From assembly GCA_028719205.1 (NCBI GenBank), contig JAQUKH010000025.1:1-41973 (forward strand): a stretch of DNA of 41,973 bases. Direction: 5' to 3'. Positions 11,253 to 20,111 of the stretch are shown in pieces; position 1 is the stretch's first letter, and the number at the start of each line of letters is the position of its first letter. A model generated the notes under the pieces. The model made no database searches, was not told the DNA's origin, and saw only the letters and a list, made by a program, of their open reading frames with translations. Source of the DNA: a bacterium. GTDB lineage: Bacteria > JACRDZ01 > JAQUKH01. The translations under genes and the position numbers were made by a program.

Positions 11253-12001
11253 TGATTCCACTTAAAACTGTGGAAGAGATAAAACATATTCGTGAAAGTG
11301 GATTAATAGTTGCGGGTGTGCTGGATAAATTGAGTAAGGCTATTGAGCCTGGGATAAAGACGATAGATCTGGACAGAATAGCGAGTGATTTTATACATTC
11401 TAAAAAAGCTGAGTCAGCGTTTTTAGGTTTTAAGGGTTTTCCGAAAAGTATATGTGTATCCATTAATAACGAAGTTATTCACGGTATACCGAATAGCCGT
11501 ATGGTAGAAGCAGGGGATATTGTAAGTTTGGATGTTGGGGTGTTTAAAGACGGATATTATGCTGACGCGGCGGTAACTGTAGCATTTGGAGAAATTAAAG
11601 CTGACGCGGAAAGGCTTGTAAATACAACGAGAGAGGCTCTTGCAAAAGGTATTGAAAAGTCGGTTACGGGTAACAGGCTGGGGGATATTTCCTGGGCGGT
11701 TCAGTATTACACTGAAAAATCCGGTTTTTCAATAGTAAGGCAGTTTGTCGGCCATGGGATCGGTAGACAGCTTCATGAAGAACCTCAAATACCTAATTTT
11801 GGGAGCCCGGGACAAGGCCCTAAATTGAAAGAGGGAATGGTATTGGCTATAGAGCCAATGGTAAATTTTGGCGGGTATGAGGTAGAGATTTGTAATGATG
11901 GATGGACTGCTGTTACTAAAGACAGAAGTTTATCGGCTCATTTTGAACATACTGTGGCGATTACAAATAACGGGCCTGTGATTATGACAAGCCTTGAATA
12001 G
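11252..12001 (+). CDS. map: Methionine aminopeptidase type I
   Basis: HGIP, GHGIG...HEEP, IEPM, SAHFEHT. Confidence 0.99.
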   Translation: MIPLKTVEEIKHIRESGLIVAGVLDKLSKAIEPGIKTIDLDRIASDFIHSKKAESAFLGFKGFPKSICVSINNEVIHGIPNSRMVEAGDIVSLDVGVFKDGYYADAAVTVAFGEIKADAERLVNTTREALAKGIEKSVTGNRLGDISWAVQYYTEKSGFSIVRQFVGHGIGRQLHEEPQIPNFGSPGQGPKLKEGMVLAIEPMVNFGGYEVEICNDGWTAVTKDRSLSAHFEHTVAITNNGPVIMTSLE

Positions 12002-12020
12002 CAGGTAGTTAAAGGAGAAA

Positions 12021-12239
12021 ATGGCTAAAGAAAAAGCTGTTGAAGTTGAAGGTAAAGTATTAGATGCCTTGCCTAATGCTATGTTCCGTGTCGAGCTGAA
12101 GAATGGGCATAAAATGTTAGCTCATATTTCAGGAAAAATGAAAATGCATTTTATCCGAATTCTTCCCGGAGATAAGGTGTTGGTTGAATTGTCACCTTAT
12201 GATTTAAGCAGAGGAAGAATTACATATAGATATAAATAG
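12021..12239 (+). CDS. infA: Translation initiation factor IF-1
   Basis: [24 protein letters not shown]. Confidence 0.99.
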   Translation: MAKEKAVEVEGKVLDALPNAMFRVELKNGHKMLAHISGKMKMHFIRILPGDKVLVELSPYDLSRGRITYRYK

Positions 12240-12248
12240 GAAATAACC

Positions 12249-12362
12249 ATGAAAGTAAGATCATCAGTAAAACCGATTTGTGAGAAGTGTAAGATAATCA
12301 GAAGAAAACGTGTAGTTAGGGTTATTTGTAAAAATCCTAAACACAAACAGAGACAGAAATAG
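12249..12362 (+). CDS. rpmJ: 50S ribosomal protein L36 (not in ORF track)
   Basis: Manual translation [37 protein letters not shown]. Confidence 0.98.
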   Translation: MKVRSSVKPICEKCKIIRRKRVVRVICKNPKHKQRQK

Positions 12363-12409
12363 ACGTGTAGTGCATTAAAGCATTGCGCAAAGAAAGGAGA
12401 CTGTGGAAT

Positions 12410-12790
12410 ATGGCGAGAGTCGCGGGAATAGATATACCACGTGATAAAAGAGTAGAAATAGCTTTGACTTATATATATGGCGTTGGAAGAAATACAGCTA
12501 AAGATGTTTTACAAAAAGCTAAGGTTAATCCTGACACACGGGTGAAAAATTTAACAGAACTAGAGGCAGCCAAAATTAATGAAATAATTTCAAGAGAATA
12601 TAAAGTTGAGGGTGAAATCAGGACTGCCGTTGCTATGAATATTAAGAGATTGATGGATATTGGTTCTTATCGGGGGATCAGACATAGAAAAGGATTACCC
12701 TTACGCGGTCAGCGGACACGTACAAACGCGAGAACAAGAAAAGGCCCTAGAAGAACAATGGGGATAAAGAAAGGTAAAATTGAAAAATGA
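12410..12790 (+). CDS. rpsM: 30S ribosomal protein S13
   Basis: ATG at 12410 after [26 protein letters not shown]. Confidence 0.99.
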   Translation: MARVAGIDIPRDKRVEIALTYIYGVGRNTAKDVLQKAKVNPDTRVKNLTELEAAKINEIISREYKVEGEIRTAVAMNIKRLMDIGSYRGIRHRKGLPLRGQRTRTNARTRKGPRRTMGIKKGKIEK

Positions 12791-13158
12791 GTACTAAAAA
12801 AGAAAAAAAAGATATCAGAAACGGAATAGCTCATATTCATTCAACATTCAATAATACTATAGTAACTATTACTGATTTACAGGGGAACGTAATTTGCTGG
12901 TCGAGTGCCGGGATTACAGGTTTCAGTGGTTCGAGAAAAAGTACCCCTTTCGCTGCTCAGAAGGCTGCGGAAAACTGCGCGCAAAAGGCCGCAGGGCATG
13001 GGATGAAAAAGATCGATGTTTTCGTAAAAGGCCCCGGTGCGGGAAGGGAATCTGCTATACGCGCCCTTCAAACAGCAGGGATAGAGATAAGTTTAATAAA
13101 AGATGTAACACCAATTCCTCATAATGGATGTCGTCCACCGAAGAGAAGAAGGGTGTAA
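12787..13158 (+). CDS. rpsK: 30S ribosomal protein S11
   Basis: [24 protein letters not shown]. Confidence 0.99.
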   Translation: MSTKKEKKDIRNGIAHIHSTFNNTIVTITDLQGNVICWSSAGITGFSGSRKSTPFAAQKAAENCAQKAAGHGMKKIDVFVKGPGAGRESAIRALQTAGIEISLIKDVTPIPHNGCRPPKRRRV

Positions 13159-13169
13159 TAGGAGATTTA

Positions 13170-13802
13170 ATGGCAAGATATATAGCTTCGGATTGTAAAT
13201 TATGTAGAAAAACAGATTATAAATTGTTTTTAAAAGGCAGCAGATGTTATTCGGATAAGTGCGCTTTGGAAAAACGAAAGACTATTCCCGGACAACATGG
13301 CGCGAGTAAGGGTAAGAAAAAAACATCTGAATATGGTTTACGGCTTAAGGAAAAACAGCGTTTAAGATTTACTTACGGGCTTTTAGAAAAACAATTCAGT
13401 AATTATTTTGATAAAGCTGCTAAAGCAAAAGGGGTTAAAGGTGAGAATCTTTTGTTACTGTTAGAAAGACGCCTGGACAATATAGTTTTTAAATTAGGAT
13501 TTGCTGTTTCCAGAATAGAGGCGAGACAATTAGTCACACACGGTCATTTTTTAGTTAATAAAAAGAAAGTAAGTTTCCCTTCATATTCAATGAAAGTGGG
13601 AGATGTTGTTGAAGTAAAAGAGAAGTCAAAAGAAAATATCAGAATTAAAGATGGTTTGGAGTTGTTGGGAAAACGCGGGGAAGCTCCGTGGCTGGAATTG
13701 AATAAGGAACAGTTAAGCGGGATTGTAAAATATTTCCCTGCAAGAGATGAGATGGGTATTCAGATACAAGAGAAATTGGTTGTAGAATTTTATTCGCGTT
13801 AA
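13170..13802 (+). CDS. rpsD: 30S ribosomal protein S4
   Basis: ATG at 13170 after GGAG; MARY...CKLCR, LERRLDN, VEFYSR. Confidence 0.99.
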   Translation: MARYIASDCKLCRKTDYKLFLKGSRCYSDKCALEKRKTIPGQHGASKGKKKTSEYGLRLKEKQRLRFTYGLLEKQFSNYFDKAAKAKGVKGENLLLLLERRLDNIVFKLGFAVSRIEARQLVTHGHFLVNKKKVSFPSYSMKVGDVVEVKEKSKENIRIKDGLELLGKRGEAPWLELNKEQLSGIVKYFPARDEMGIQIQEKLVVEFYSR

Positions 13803-13830
13803 TTGTTTTCCAAAAAAGGAGATAATATAA

Positions 13831-14832
13831 ATGGAAAAAACACTTTGGAAAGGCATGGAGCGGCCAAGGAAGGTAGTAGTTGATCAGGAAACCTTGACTC
13901 CAACCTATGGAAAGTTTATTGCAGAACCTTTCGAAAGAGGTTACGGACTTACAATTGGGAATTCACTTCGCAGGGTATTAATATCGTCTCTTCCGGGAGC
14001 AGCGGTGGTTTCTGTCAAATTTGATGGAGTCACACATGAATTTACCACAATTCCTGAAGTTAAAGAGGATGTTACTGATATAATTTTAAATCTTAAAGAA
14101 TTGATCCTTTGTTTGGATGGAACGGGCCCTGTGAATATTAGTTTAAATGCCCATGGGGAAGGAGAAGTTAAAGCCAAGGATATAAAAATACCTTCTTCTG
14201 TAGTGATAATTAACCCTGAATTGCATATTGCCACGCTGGGTAAAAAAGGAAAGCTGAATTTAGAAATGACGGTGGATGTCGGCCGTGGTTATATTCCCGC
14301 GGAACTTAATAAAAAAGAAGGCCAGGCTCTTGGGGTTATTCCCATAGATTCTCTTTTTTCACCTGTTAAGAAGGTAACTTTTGAAGTACAGAAGACCAGG
14401 ATCGGTCAGATGACAGATTATGACCGTGTAGTTTTAGAAATATGGACAAACGGCAGTATTAAACCGGAAGATGCGTTAGGATACGCTGCCAAGATAGTAA
14501 AAGACCACATGTCTGTTTTTATTAATTTTGAAGAAAAAGAAGAAGTGATATCCAATGAAAAAGATGAGGATAAGAAGCTTAACGAAATGCTGGATCAGAG
14601 CGTGGAAGAGTTAGAGCTTTCCGTGCGTGCGGCAAATTGCTTAAGAAATTCAGAAATTAAAACCATCAGGGATCTGGTCGGCAGAACAGAAATGGATATG
14701 CTGAGATTCAGAAATTTTGGAAGAAAATCCTTAAACGAAATAAAAGAACTTTTGATTGCTATGGGTCTTTCTTTTGGTATGAAAATAGATGAAAAAAATA
14801 AGAAAAAGAAAGAAAAAGTAAAAGAGGAGTAA
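13831..14832 (+). CDS. rpoA: RNA polymerase alpha subunit
   Basis: EPFERGYGLTIGNSLRR, LELSVRAANCL, NFGRKSL. Confidence 0.99.
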   Translation: MEKTLWKGMERPRKVVVDQETLTPTYGKFIAEPFERGYGLTIGNSLRRVLISSLPGAAVVSVKFDGVTHEFTTIPEVKEDVTDIILNLKELILCLDGTGPVNISLNAHGEGEVKAKDIKIPSSVVIINPELHIATLGKKGKLNLEMTVDVGRGYIPAELNKKEGQALGVIPIDSLFSPVKKVTFEVQKTRIGQMTDYDRVVLEIWTNGSIKPEDALGYAAKIVKDHMSVFINFEEKEEVISNEKDEDKKLNEMLDQSVEELELSVRAANCLRNSEIKTIRDLVGRTEMDMLRFRNFGRKSLNEIKELLIAMGLSFGMKIDEKNKKKKEKVKEE

Positions 14833-14834
14833 CT

Positions 14835-15185
14835 ATGCGACATCGCAATAATAAACGAAGATTAGGAATTAAACCTGCGCATCGGACCGCAATGCTTAGA
14901 AATATGGTTACTTCATTTTTGGAACATGAAGAAATTGTTACTACTACAGCAAAGGCTAAGGAGCTTAGGCGAATAGCGGAAAAGATGATCACTTGGGGTA
15001 AAGCTAACAACTTAAGCGCCAAACGGGAAGTAATGCGTGTTGTCAGAAGCGAAGATGTTATGCGGAAGCTTTTTGAGACAATAGCACCGCGTTTCGCGAC
15101 CCGTATGGGAGGTTATACGCGAATTATAAAAATTGGTGCCCGTTTGGGGGATGCCACTGAAATGGTTATGATTAAATTAGTGTAA
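14835..15185 (+). CDS. rplQ: 50S ribosomal protein L17
   Basis: MRHR, TTTAKAKE, GGYTRI. Confidence 0.99.
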   Translation: MRHRNNKRRLGIKPAHRTAMLRNMVTSFLEHEEIVTTTAKAKELRRIAEKMITWGKANNLSAKREVMRVVRSEDVMRKLFETIAPRFATRMGGYTRIIKIGARLGDATEMVMIKLV

Positions 15186-15215
15186 AATAACAACCTTTTC
15201 TTATAATTAATTTTA

Positions 15216-15253
15216 AGGGCCTGTAATTTAAAAAGTTACAGGCTTTTTATTTT
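15216..15253 (+). terminator. Intrinsic terminator of the ribosomal operon
   Basis: Stem GCCTGTAA (15219-15226) / TTACAGGC (15236-15243) followed by a T-rich tract. Confidence 0.8.
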
Positions 15254-15265
15254 GGTGTATAATCT

Positions 15266-16177
15266 ATGTGCATGATTACTCCAAACTGGTTCAATTATTT
15301 TTTATCTTACTATTTTGAAACCCGTTTTTTGAGCCGCAAAAAACCGGTTTTAGCGGGATTTAAACTTACGCATAAATGTAACCTGGCATGCCGTCACTGT
15401 CCTTTCTGGAGGCGGCAGTATAACGAGATGCTGAAATTTGATCAGGTTGTTGATATACTGCATAAACTTTATCAGACAGGTGTCCGTATTGTGATTTTTG
15501 AGGGAGGAGAACCCTTTTTGTGGGAAGATGGAAAATATAACCTCAACGACGTGATCGCAGAGGCGAAAAAAATATTTTTTAGTGCAGGCGTTACTACAAA
15601 TGGAACATTTCCTATAGAGATCCCTTTGGCAAACACAGTTTGGGTTAGTTTTGACGGTTTAAAAGAGACGCATAATTATATCCGGGGAAAACAAATATTT
15701 GATGATGTAATAAAAAATATAAAATTGTCACCTCATCCGAATATTTACGCGAGTGTTACTATTAACAGTATAAATGTGAAGGAGATACCGGAGCTTGTAA
15801 AGTATTTGAGTAAACTAGTAAAAGGAATAACGATTCAATTCCATTATCCTTATGATGAAGTGGATGATCTGATGGTGGTAAGGGATGACCGGCATTGGGT
15901 TTTGGATGAATTGATAAAACTTAAAAAAGCAGGGTTTCGCGTAGCTGATTCATATAGCGCTTTAGAGGCATTGAAAGAAAATAAATGGAAGTGCCATGAC
16001 TGGATGCTTGCGGATGTTGATCCGGATGGGAAAATAAATCTGGGATGTTATGTCAAAAACCGTGGCAAGGTCAGCTGCCGGGATTGCGGTTTCGCCGCGC
16101 ACACTGAAATTTCTCTCGCGTATGATCTAAATATTGAGGCTATTAAGGTTGGATGGAAGATATTTAAATATCAGTAA
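15266..16177 (+). CDS. Radical SAM protein with Cys-rich C-terminal domain
   Basis: CNLACRHC (CxxxCxxC), GGEP, TTNG; C-terminal C...C...CRDC; start may be ATG 15272. Confidence 0.9.
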   Translation: MCMITPNWFNYFLSYYFETRFLSRKKPVLAGFKLTHKCNLACRHCPFWRRQYNEMLKFDQVVDILHKLYQTGVRIVIFEGGEPFLWEDGKYNLNDVIAEAKKIFFSAGVTTNGTFPIEIPLANTVWVSFDGLKETHNYIRGKQIFDDVIKNIKLSPHPNIYASVTINSINVKEIPELVKYLSKLVKGITIQFHYPYDEVDDLMVVRDDRHWVLDELIKLKKAGFRVADSYSALEALKENKWKCHDWMLADVDPDGKINLGCYVKNRGKVSCRDCGFAAHTEISLAYDLNIEAIKVGWKIFKYQ

Positions 16178-16197
16178 AAGTGGACTCTATAATTTCT

Positions 16198-16323
16198 ATG
16201 GAATATAATCCTGATATATCTTACAGAAAATCAAATAGATTAAGAGAATATAACTATTCCCAAAATGGAGCGTATTTTATAAGCATGTGCGTCAAAGATA
16301 GAAACAAGAACCGAATATATTAA
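16198..16323 (+). pseudogene. Truncated N-terminus of a REP-associated tyrosine transposase (RAYT, Y1/IS200 superfamily)
   Basis: Manual translation MEYNPDISYRKSNRLREYNYSQNGAYFISMCVKDR... resembles the RAYT N-terminal pattern R.S.RL..YDYS..GAYF.T.C...R; stops after 41 aa. Confidence 0.7.
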
Positions 16324-16329
16324 CCGAAA

Positions 16330-17058
16330 ATGAATAATGATAAATTTGACAAAATAGCACGATATATTTCTTTTGAAAGATTTGAGGATATATGCAGTAA
16401 AGGACTTTTTCTTGCAAATGTCACTTTGTTTGATGATGAGCAAGAAGGATATATAGCAGTAAAGAGCATGTTCCCCAACATTGATAATAGAAGCTTAAAA
16501 AACATAGAAATAATGAAAAGTTATTTCTATGTAAACTCTTGGTACACAGGAGAAGAAGATTCTAAAGCAATGAGGAGTCGATATGGAGAAATTTGCATTG
16601 AAACATCTTCGGAACAACTTAAAAACATCTGCAGGAGGTATGGGGAAAATAACCCAACTCATAATATTATTATTGCTAAGATACAATATGTAAATCCGTC
16701 TGATAATAAAATTGGCAATAAAAATCCAAATTGGGAGTGGGATTATTGGTGTGAGAAGAAAAATAATCCACAGTGTGGATATAATTTTTGCAGTATAAAA
16801 ACACTTCAGGGCTTATTTTTTAAATATGATATCTTTTCTTATGAGAAAGAAATTAGATTGATATGTGATTCATTTATGGGGAACAATCAAGGTGTTGCTT
16901 TTAAGAATGCTAAAAATGGGGTGCGAATACCCTTTAATAGCAATTTTTTATCTAGAATCGTTTTATCTGCCGATAAGTTTACACTTATGAAAGATCGTGT
17001 GGAGGAAGTATTAAAAAAATACGGGTACGAATCCGAGATCGTATGTTCGAATCTGTAA
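16330..17058 (+). CDS. DUF2971-like hypothetical protein
   Basis: Pattern RY...F....LFL...FDD..EG, SW...S.AM..RY and K...FSYEKEIRL; family assigned by eye. Confidence 0.55.
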   Translation: MNNDKFDKIARYISFERFEDICSKGLFLANVTLFDDEQEGYIAVKSMFPNIDNRSLKNIEIMKSYFYVNSWYTGEEDSKAMRSRYGEICIETSSEQLKNICRRYGENNPTHNIIIAKIQYVNPSDNKIGNKNPNWEWDYWCEKKNNPQCGYNFCSIKTLQGLFFKYDIFSYEKEIRLICDSFMGNNQGVAFKNAKNGVRIPFNSNFLSRIVLSADKFTLMKDRVEEVLKKYGYESEIVCSNL

Positions 17059-17198
17059 AAATGGGGATATATGAGAAGGAAAAACAGTTTTTAAAAAAAA
17101 GCAGACGTCAATTAATCTAGGATTTTGGCTAACACTGGACTCGGGCCACTTGCCTTCCTTCTCGGTTAGCTCAAACGTTGTGTGGAGAAAGGACAAAC

Positions 17199-17580
17199 GT
17201 GGCATATTGCACTTATTGTGGCAAACCTGAACCGAATACAGTAGATCACATTCCGCCGATATGTCTTTTTCCCTTACCGCGGCCTTCGAATCTTGTAACC
17301 GTGCCATGTTGTCTCGACTGCAACAAAGACACATCCAAAGATGATGAATACTTTCGGATGATGCTGGTAATGCGGCGTGATGTAAAGCATCCAGCCGTAC
17401 CGAAACTTTTGGATACAGTTCATCGAGGACTTGGCAAACCTCGGAAGCGAGGCATGCTTTATGGGTTGCTTCGAAGTATGCGGTCAGTGTCCGTAAAAAC
17501 GCATGCTGGTCTCTACATCGGTCGTGCTATGGCATATGATGTAGATTTGGAACGTCTAGGCCGAGTTGCCGACCGCATTG
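17199..17580 (+). pseudogene. HNH-type endonuclease gene, 5' part (interrupted by IS110)
   Basis: GTG at 17199 after AAAGGA; CTYC...DHIPP...VPCCLDCN zinc-finger/HNH motif; frame broken at the IS left junction. Confidence 0.85.
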
Positions 17581-17692
17581 ATAATATAAAGGCCCCCTTA
17601 TAAAACAGGCTTGATACGGGAAATATTTACCCGTATCATCCTAATTAGTGGATCCTGTGCATGGAGCACGGATAATAAAAAAGGGGGCTTTT

Positions 17693-18745
17693 ATGAACTT
17701 TTATAACGCTCAAAAATCATTTTACTGCGGAATTGACCTGCATTCAAGAAATATTTATATCTGCCTAATGGATAAAGACCGGAAAATATTAGTCCACAGA
17801 CAGCTTAAAAGCAGAGCTACTGATATTCTCATTAAAATATTTGAACCATATAAGCATGATCTGGTTGTTGCCGCTGAATCTACTTTCGCCTGGTATTGGC
17901 TTGCGGACTTCTGCGCGGAAAATAATATCGAATTTATTTTAGGCCATGCTTTATATATGAAAGCCATTCATGGAGCTAAAGCAAAAAATGATCGAATAGA
18001 TTCTGAGAAAATAGCTCTGCTGGCGCAAGGTGGTATGTTTCCTTTATCATATGTCTATCCAAAAGAGAAAAGAGCTTTACGAGATCTATTAAGAAGAAGG
18101 CTTCATTTTGTTAATATCAGAGCCAAATTATTCGCTCATGTTCAGATCGTCAATTACCAGAACAATAATGAATCCTTAAAAAAACTCAGCAATAATAAAT
18201 CTATCCGCCCGGATATTCCTTCTTTCTTTTTCGATGAAGATATTAAAAAATCCATAGAAGCCGATCTGGAAACAATTGCTTATTTTGATAACATCATCCC
18301 TAAATTAGAGTGGCATATTCTATCTAAAGTTAAACAACAATATCAAAAAGAACTTTCTATTCTTTCTTCCGCCAGAGGTATGGGAGACATCATTGCATTA
18401 ACCATTCTTTTTGAAATTGACACTATAAACAGGTTCGAATCCGTTCAGGATTTCGCTTCTTATTCCAGAGTAGTTAAATGTCAGCATAGCTCTGCGGGTA
18501 AAATATGCGGCTCAGGCGGATCCAAAATAGGCAATCCTTATCTTAAAAGGGTATTCTCTGAAGCCGCCTGCCTTATGGCAACCTATAATCCCTCAATTAA
18601 AAAGTATCTCGATAAATTAAAACGCAAACACCATAATAGAAAGGCTTTAATAATTTTAGCTCACAAAATAGCTAAAGCTGTTTACTATATGCTGAAAAGG
18701 GAGACTGTATTTGATATAAATAAATTTTTAGAAAATAATAATTAA
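17693..18745 (+). CDS. IS110-family DEDD recombinase/transposase (350 aa)
   Basis: GIDLH, AAEST, KNDRIDS (DEDD); C-terminal HSSAGK serine loop and KIGNPYLK; ATG at 17693 after AAGGGGG. Confidence 0.96.
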   Translation: MNFYNAQKSFYCGIDLHSRNIYICLMDKDRKILVHRQLKSRATDILIKIFEPYKHDLVVAAESTFAWYWLADFCAENNIEFILGHALYMKAIHGAKAKNDRIDSEKIALLAQGGMFPLSYVYPKEKRALRDLLRRRLHFVNIRAKLFAHVQIVNYQNNNESLKKLSNNKSIRPDIPSFFFDEDIKKSIEADLETIAYFDNIIPKLEWHILSKVKQQYQKELSILSSARGMGDIIALTILFEIDTINRFESVQDFASYSRVVKCQHSSAGKICGSGGSKIGNPYLKRVFSEAACLMATYNPSIKKYLDKLKRKHHNRKALIILAHKIAKAVYYMLKRETVFDINKFLENNN

Positions 18746-18747
18746 TA

Positions 18748-19160
18748 TTGGATCCTGACGGTGATTTCCGGCTTCTAACTGGAGCAAAAATACAGCAGCT
18801 TACATTAAGTCCGTAATAAATAATTAAAATTCATGAAACTTATAAGCGCTTTGGGCAGCTCTTTCGCATTGATTGAAACACCGTCAGCGTCCATATATTT
18901 TACATGAAGCAATATATGATTCTATTACGTTGTTCTGCGCCTTCCCCGAGCCCGATTGATACTGGCCGGCATATTTTACGCCGAGCTCCTTTTTTGAATG
19001 GGACGGTATGAGGCCGTATGATATTATTCTCTGGGCCGCACGGATACAGGCTGTTATGCCTCTGTGCTGTCGTTATAAGTTTAAATTATTAATTTATGCT
19101 TATAGCTATTGAGCCCCTATAGGTGTTTAGAGCAGACACGTAAAGTGTTTTAGCCTCACT
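18748..19160 (+). ncRNA. Putative bridge/seek RNA of the IS110 element
   Basis: Two stem-enclosed regions carry segments matching the target (18772-79, 18865-71) and the donor junction (19021-28, 19118-25); boundaries approximate. Confidence 0.75.
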
Positions 19161-19280
19161 TGAGAATAAGTTGGAAATTAACGTGATAGATGATTATTGT
19201 GCTTGTGATCTTTCTACTTATGATCACTTTACCAAAAAGATTTTCCTTAATCTATTTTTGGTTAGGAGCTATTTTTTTGC

Positions 19281-19304
19281 TTGACACCGGGGGCCTTATA
19301 GGTG
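19281..19304 (+). promoter_or_regulatory. Outward-facing -35 half of the IS circle-junction promoter
   Basis: TTGACA at 19281-86; joining the right end to the left end gives TTGACA-17nt-GATAAT. Confidence 0.85.
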
Positions 19305-19615
19305 TTAAAGGACTGTTCTTTAAAGAATTTGGTACACGCTTGCCGGATACCCACGGAGTTCGATCATTTGCAGAGTCCGGTCTCACAGAGGTTGATTCAA
19401 ATTTGCGATTGACCATCGGGCAAACTGTAGCAACGCTTGTGTCAAAGTTGCCGAGGGTTATTGTGGATGGAGTGTTTGAATATTGGGTTCAGGCTACAGC
19501 AGAGGATCCGGCAACAACCGTTTGGTTGATGCGCTTTTATGCCGTAGAGTCATTTCTTTGTATCACTGCGCCTAATGTGAAGCCGGCTGGTGATTGTAGC
19601 GTTAAATATGGATAG
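19304..19615 (+). pseudogene. HNH-type endonuclease gene, 3' part
   Basis: VKGLFFKEFGTRLP... continues in frame from ...RVADRI once the IS is excised. Confidence 0.85.
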
Positions 19616-19814
19616 TTTGAAAACTTGAGATACAAATTTCCCCCTCATTTAAATTCTAATATTAAGCGGAGTTTAGAAGGTAAATTCTGCAAATACTGAA
19701 GGAATTTTCTTATATTATTCAATATAAGAAACTTATTAAGCAAAAAAAGTGAGTTTTATAGTATAATATTTGGGTAAATAATGTTGTTTTTCAATTTTTA
19801 AGGCAGGAAAAATT

Positions 19815-20111
19815 ATGTTAACGACAGATACTATTCAAAATAAATTAAAAGAGCATAAAAAATATATTAACGAAAATTATCATATAACAAATATTGGTAT
19901 TTTTGGGTCATATGTTAAAAATATGCAAGAAGAAAAAAGTGATATTGATATTTTGGTGCAATTTAAAAAAGGGCATAAAGGCTTTTTTAATTATGTGAGG
20001 TTAAAACATTATCTTGAAAATATTTTCGGGAAAGAAGTAGATCTGGTTATGAAAGATGCTGTTAAATCGGGATTGAAAAAGAGGATATTTAAAGAGGTGA
20101 AGTATGTCTAA
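19815..20111 (+). CDS. Minimal nucleotidyltransferase (MntA-like antitoxin)
   Basis: GS-X10-DxD motif (GSYVKNMQEEKSDID); 98 aa; overlaps the HEPN gene. Confidence 0.92.
   Translation: MLTTDTIQNKLKEHKKYINENYHITNIGIFGSYVKNMQEEKSDIDILVQFKKGHKGFFNYVRLKHYLENIFGKEVDLVMKDAVKSGLKKRIFKEVKYV

Larger units (their letters stand above)
17581..19304 (+). mobile_element. Complete IS110-family (IS1111-type) insertion sequence, 1724 bp including one copy of the TG core
   Basis: TG at both junctions (17579-80, 19303-04); subterminal IRs TATAAAGGCCCCC (17585-97) / GGGGGCCTTATA (19289-300); removal restores the HNH frame; long non-coding right end. Confidence 0.93.

Noticed and set aside
19190-19615. Track ORF that looks like a membrane protein with a hydrophobic N-terminus
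   Set aside because: Its first 38 codons are IS right-end sequence; the rest is the 3' half of the interrupted HNH gene
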